42,550 nucleotides of DNA. Source: Octopus bimaculoides (lineage: Eukaryota). Positions 38,490-42,550 of the stretch are shown in pieces. The notes under the pieces were generated by a model. That model did not search any database. It was not told the DNA's origin and worked only from the letters and a program-made list of their open reading frames with translations. Position 1 is the stretch's first letter. Each line of letters starts with the position of its first letter. The stretch spans positions 48,438,619 through 48,481,168 of the forward strand of contig NC_068981.1 in the NCBI RefSeq assembly GCF_001194135.2, read 5' to 3'. Made by a program: the position numbers and the translations under genes.

Positions 38490-39058
38490 TGAATATTTTT
38501 AGGATCAAGTACATGAAATGAGAGCGTTAGACCAAAACTAGGCATATAATTACTTAGGAATCAATGCAAAAGTTACGGTACAACAAATACAAATGAAAGA
38601 AAATATAAGGAAGGACTGCTATGGATGACTTACAATGAAACACACTTGATCTCTGCTCACCGCAAGGGTGTGACACTTCTTTTGTCTCCTGATCGCAGAG
38701 TAATGCAAAGCATCATTGTCGATCTCTTACTCAAAATCTGCCTAACGTATTTAGAACCTGTGGAATTTGGTCTATTCACCAAGCTGCTTCTATTTCTACT
38801 ACTATCCTCTTCAGCCCTTTGATATTTATGGTATTCTCAAGTACAAGGCAAATACGGAAACTAAACAAGATTTAATAATGCCTCATAGTAGTAGGAGCAA
38901 AGATGGCATCTCAAGTAATTGTTGAAGCACTTCGAATGATCAACAAAGGAACTGGAAATTATTTAAGAATCTTCCCTGGATTACTATCCATACAGGAAGT
39001 GGAAAAGTTTGTTTTAACTGGTATGTCATACGTATTGAGAAGAGAATTGTCGTTATGA
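38490..39058 (+). mobile_element. Fragmented R4/Dong-like LINE relic
   Basis: LDQN*AYNYLGIN..QMKENIRKDCY (YKYLG thumb region, about 38525-38625) and EALRMINKGTGNYLRIFPGLLSIQEVEKFVLTGMSYVLRRELSL* (RLE C-terminus, about 38920-39058). Confidence 0.65.
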
Positions 39059-39099
39059 ATTCTCTTTCTTCATTTAACCTTCATTTTCTTTGTTTACTT

Positions 39100-39880
39100 T
39101 TGTAAAGGTAGGTATTTCAAAGTCGTCCGTCCAACGAATTTTGAAGCGTTGTCAATGGACAACTTCCGTTTCAAGTTTAGTTTATACTATTAATGAAGAT
39201 GATCCAGACCGAAGAGTGCAGTATTGTGAGTGGTACCCGACACGATGTGTAGAATATGCACACATTCCAACAAAGATTGTGTGTAGTGATGAGGCCACAT
39301 TCAAATTGAACGGTTCAATTAACCGCCACAGTTGCACCTACTAGGGACCTGAGTATCCGCATGTTATGGTGGAACACCATATTTATTTTCCAGGAGATAC
39401 TGTGTGGTGTGGTTTATCATTAAGATGATTAATTGAACCATTTTTGTTTGATGCTCCAGTGATTGGTCCAATTTACATGAACTTGTTGTAACACTCTGTC
39501 ATGTCAATCGCTAGAGAAGACTTTGAAGATGAGAAGTTTTATTTTCAGCAAGATGGGACACCCAACACAACCATGGGAATGTTCCGTCATTCCTTCATGA
39601 GCTCTAGCCAATCAGGCGGATTGGATGAAGGGGTTTCGTTGAATACATTACGCGTTCACCACACCTCATATCACAAGGCATTTTATGGAGATACCTAAAA
39701 GACAAAATCTTTGATATGAGACCTGCAACAGTCGCTGATTTGAGAGCAAACATTGAACGCGAATGCACACAAATACCAAACGACTTGTTTGGTGATGTTT
39801 GATATTTCATTACTTCGTGTTGCTTGGACCAGAACGAACGTTAGTTGAAAACAGGCGTTGATAAAGAAATAAAATCATAT
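39100..39880 (+). mobile_element. Tc1/mariner transposase relic (maT/DD37D-like)
   Basis: [70 protein letters not shown]. No ITRs seen. Stops and frameshifts present. Confidence 0.85.
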
Positions 39881-39884
39881 ATAT

Positions 39885-41475
39885 CGTTTCTACTGGAGCA
39901 GACGTTTCAATGCATGCCATGAACGAATAGCTGTACAACTCAACTACTTCTACAACTCCAACCACATAACACCATGGTGGCTGACATTGGGTAGGATAGT
40001 GCGGTACTTAAAAAAAAAAAAACATAGAAAAAGGCAATACGGTAGACAATTAGAGGCTGATATCCTGATTGCCACTTATGGGGAATTTATTGACTAGAAT
40101 ACTCGCAGAGTCAATGTACGGATATCTAGAAAAAATAGAATCTTGCCACACGAGCAGACGGGTTGCATGTGTAAGTTCAGATGTACCAAGGATCAACTGG
40201 AAAACAAAAATGTACTTAGAGACTGCAAGAGGAGAAAAACTAACTTTGCTATGACATGGATTGATTATCATAAGGGGTATGATATGATCCCATATTCTTG
40301 GATTATGAAATGTGTGAATCTATTTGGTATTGAATCGAATGTTGAGCGATTGCTTGGGAAAAGCATGGCGAAGTGAAGGAACGAAATTTAGACTCAATAG
40401 AAATAAGGAGAGATATCTTGCAAGGGGCCTGCCTGTCCCCGATTATCTTTGTACTCTGCATATCACTAACAATCATTTGGAGTAAAGCAAAGCCTGGGCA
40501 TGTATTCAAGAACTGCCCACAAAAATCCAACCACTATGGATGGCCTCAAAGTTTATGGTACTAATGGATCGCAAGTTGAGAGAGTATAATTTTAGCGCTT
40601 ATATCAGAATGGAGTTCGGAGTAAAAAAGTGTGGTGTCTTAATATGCAAGAGAGGCAACATCAAATGTATGGATGGATTAGCGATACATTCAGAGGAGGT
40701 TATGGAGCAAATTGAAGACAAGGGCTATAAGCACCTGTGGATATTGGAAACGAATATATTGATAGAGATAGAAATTACAGAAACGTTTAAGGTGGTGTAC
40801 TTGTGTAGTTTGTGACTGTTACTAATCCAAATTACACGGACAGAACAAGGTTGAAGCTATAAACACATGGGTGGTTCACTACTCAGATGTGGAGCAAGCG
40901 GAATTGTATGGACAGTACACGAACTATACAGCTTAGACAGAGCAAATAAGTAGTACGAATAGAAACCCGAAGGCATCATGAAAAATAATAATGCAATGAT
41001 TCTATGGGATTGTATGATTCAGTGCGACCTTGAGCTGGAGAATAGGAATCCCGTCATAGGATTTATTAAGAAAGATAGCACACGCTACTAGATCATAGAT
41101 ATAACATGCCCAGCAGACAATAATGTATGCGATATGGAAGAAAGAAACGTCGATGGATATGACAGGTTAGCTTGGAAGTTTAAGCAGTCGTGAAAAGGGT
41201 GGTACTAGAACTAATAATGATCGAAACAGAGGGAACAATGAATAAAAATCTTGAGAAGTAAATGGAACAAATAGCGATTGCAATAATGGTAGAGCACTTG
41301 CAGAGAACAGCGCTGCTTGGAACCGCTTCAATACTCCGGGTGTTGCTCGAAATTTAGTGGCGTTACTTTTGTACACTGGTATTGATCGGCTGAAACCGTA
41401 TTGAATCAACAGCGTTAGAAGCTTTGCAAAACAATAAATAATGATGATAATAATAACAACAACAACAACAACAAA

Positions 41476-41543
<68 letters not shown>

Positions 41544-41545
41544 TA
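39885..41545 (+). mobile_element. R4/Dong-like LINE, 5'-truncated and internally deleted, with (TAA)n tail
   Basis: [61 protein letters not shown] (decayed MDD), MEFGVKKC; then MILWDCMIQCD..IDITCPAD..QRTALLGTASILR. Tail at 41433-41545. Confidence 0.92.
41433..41545. repeat. (TAA)n/(CAA)n microsatellite (LINE tail or target)
   Basis: Seen directly. Confidence 0.95.
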
Positions 41546-42550
41546 CGGCCGAGAGGGCGGATGGCCCATAAATTCAGATGGACAACAGCATTGAAGGTGG
41601 AACCAGGAATGTGTGTGATACGCATAGGGTACACTCAGGTACTCAAAACGTATGTGGTCAATCACCATGAATATACCCAGTAGTTAATCAATAATGGACA
41701 AAGTCAATAAAAACAATCTATACCGCATCGCTCGACTCGTGGGTCAGCAAGGAGCGCGCCCTCTAGTTGATATTTGGATGTGTATCGGTTTGTTGCCAGT
41801 GTAGCTGATTGTTTAGGTGAAATTCCATCGTACTCTCTTTTGATTTTTAGCTTAGGACGAACTTTGGATGAAATATTTTTTTCTGCTTTTCCCCAACACA
41901 TGTCTTTTTAAGGGAAATGAACTGACCCAAAACAGACAAATCCGTCCCCTAATGTCAATGCCAAAGCTCGTCATGCCTCAATGATAACAAAGCAGATCAC
42001 AAACCAGATTGGTCGTCGACCGAATCACAAAGGGCCACTTACTCGAAATAGATCTGCTAGCCTTAAGAAGCTACGTCACGAGAGCTCGGAGACGGTGTAG
42101 TCTCAAAACATTTACCCTAAACAGACAGATCCGTCCCCTAGCGTCAACGTCGAAGCTTGTTATGCCTCACTGTTAATAAAACAAAATACAAACCGGAATG
42201 GTCATAGACCGCATTATAATGGACCATTTACTCGAATAATGAACCAGATCCGAGACGAGAAATCTGGTAGTGGTTCAAATCTTCCCGACACACAGGAGCT
42301 GGAAGTACCCCACAACCGAAATATTCCAACAGATGGCCATCCATGCTCGTCATCAAATAACCAAAAGAAAAAGAATGAAAAATGGTCTAGGGAAGATAAT
42401 AAAGAAGTTCTTACAGCTTTCTACCATGCCATATATTTCCCTACAGATAAATCTAATACTGTACAAACCTACTTAAACTGGAGACAGAAACACCTTGAAG
42501 TAAGACCCTACATAGACAGTAACAAACTTGCCAACGTCAGAAGAAACATT
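41546..42550 (+). mobile_element. 5' end of a second R4/Dong-like LINE (5' UTR plus ORF N-terminus, runs off the window)
   Basis: Frame 41927-42550 is open except one TAG (42098) and ends KWSREDNKEVLTAFYHAI..TVQTYLNWRQK..RPYIDSNKLANVRRNI, resembling the N-terminal domain of R4/Dong ORFs as I recall it. This frame is not the one in the ORF track. Confidence 0.75.
41926..42240 (+). repeat. Diverged direct repeat with 189-bp period inside the Dong-like ORF
   Basis: CCCAAAACAGACAAATCCGTCCCCTAA..CACTTACTCGAA (from 41926) versus CCCTAAACAGACAGATCCGTCCCCTAG..CATTTACTCGAA (from 42115). Confidence 0.9.

Noticed and set aside
41546-41800. HDV-like ribozyme at the 5' end of the Dong-like element
   Set aside because: An 8-bp pairing (41552-59 with 41757-64) exists, but I could not place P3/L3, P1.1 GG or J4/2. 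A descriptor search would be needed.

Overview
AT-rich, microsatellite-dense eukaryotic DNA with four N-gaps. It is most likely an octopus (coleoid cephalopod) scaffold, inferred from two tRNA-derived SINEs that match my recollection of the abundant octopus SINE, plus the repeat content. I recognise no intact host protein-coding gene, rRNA, tRNA or CRISPR array. The window is intergenic or intronic DNA filled with decayed mobile elements. These are Penelope-like elements (two clear and one weak Naiad-type GIY-YIG remnant, plus an RT fragment downstream of a hammerhead-like region), a HERO-like restriction-like-endonuclease LINE, four R4/Dong-like LINE pieces, an RTE LINE, two Tc1/mariner relics and a 187-bp TG..CA element inside a (TATG)n tract. 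The most interesting signals are the candidate hammerhead ribozyme, a head-to-tail Dong pair joined at (TAA)n with an in-frame 63-codon repeat, an open GIY-YIG ORF lacking its YIG motif, a 104-bp duplication encoding hydrophobic mini-ORFs, and two promoter-like patches. All family assignments come from motifs recognised by eye, not from database searches.
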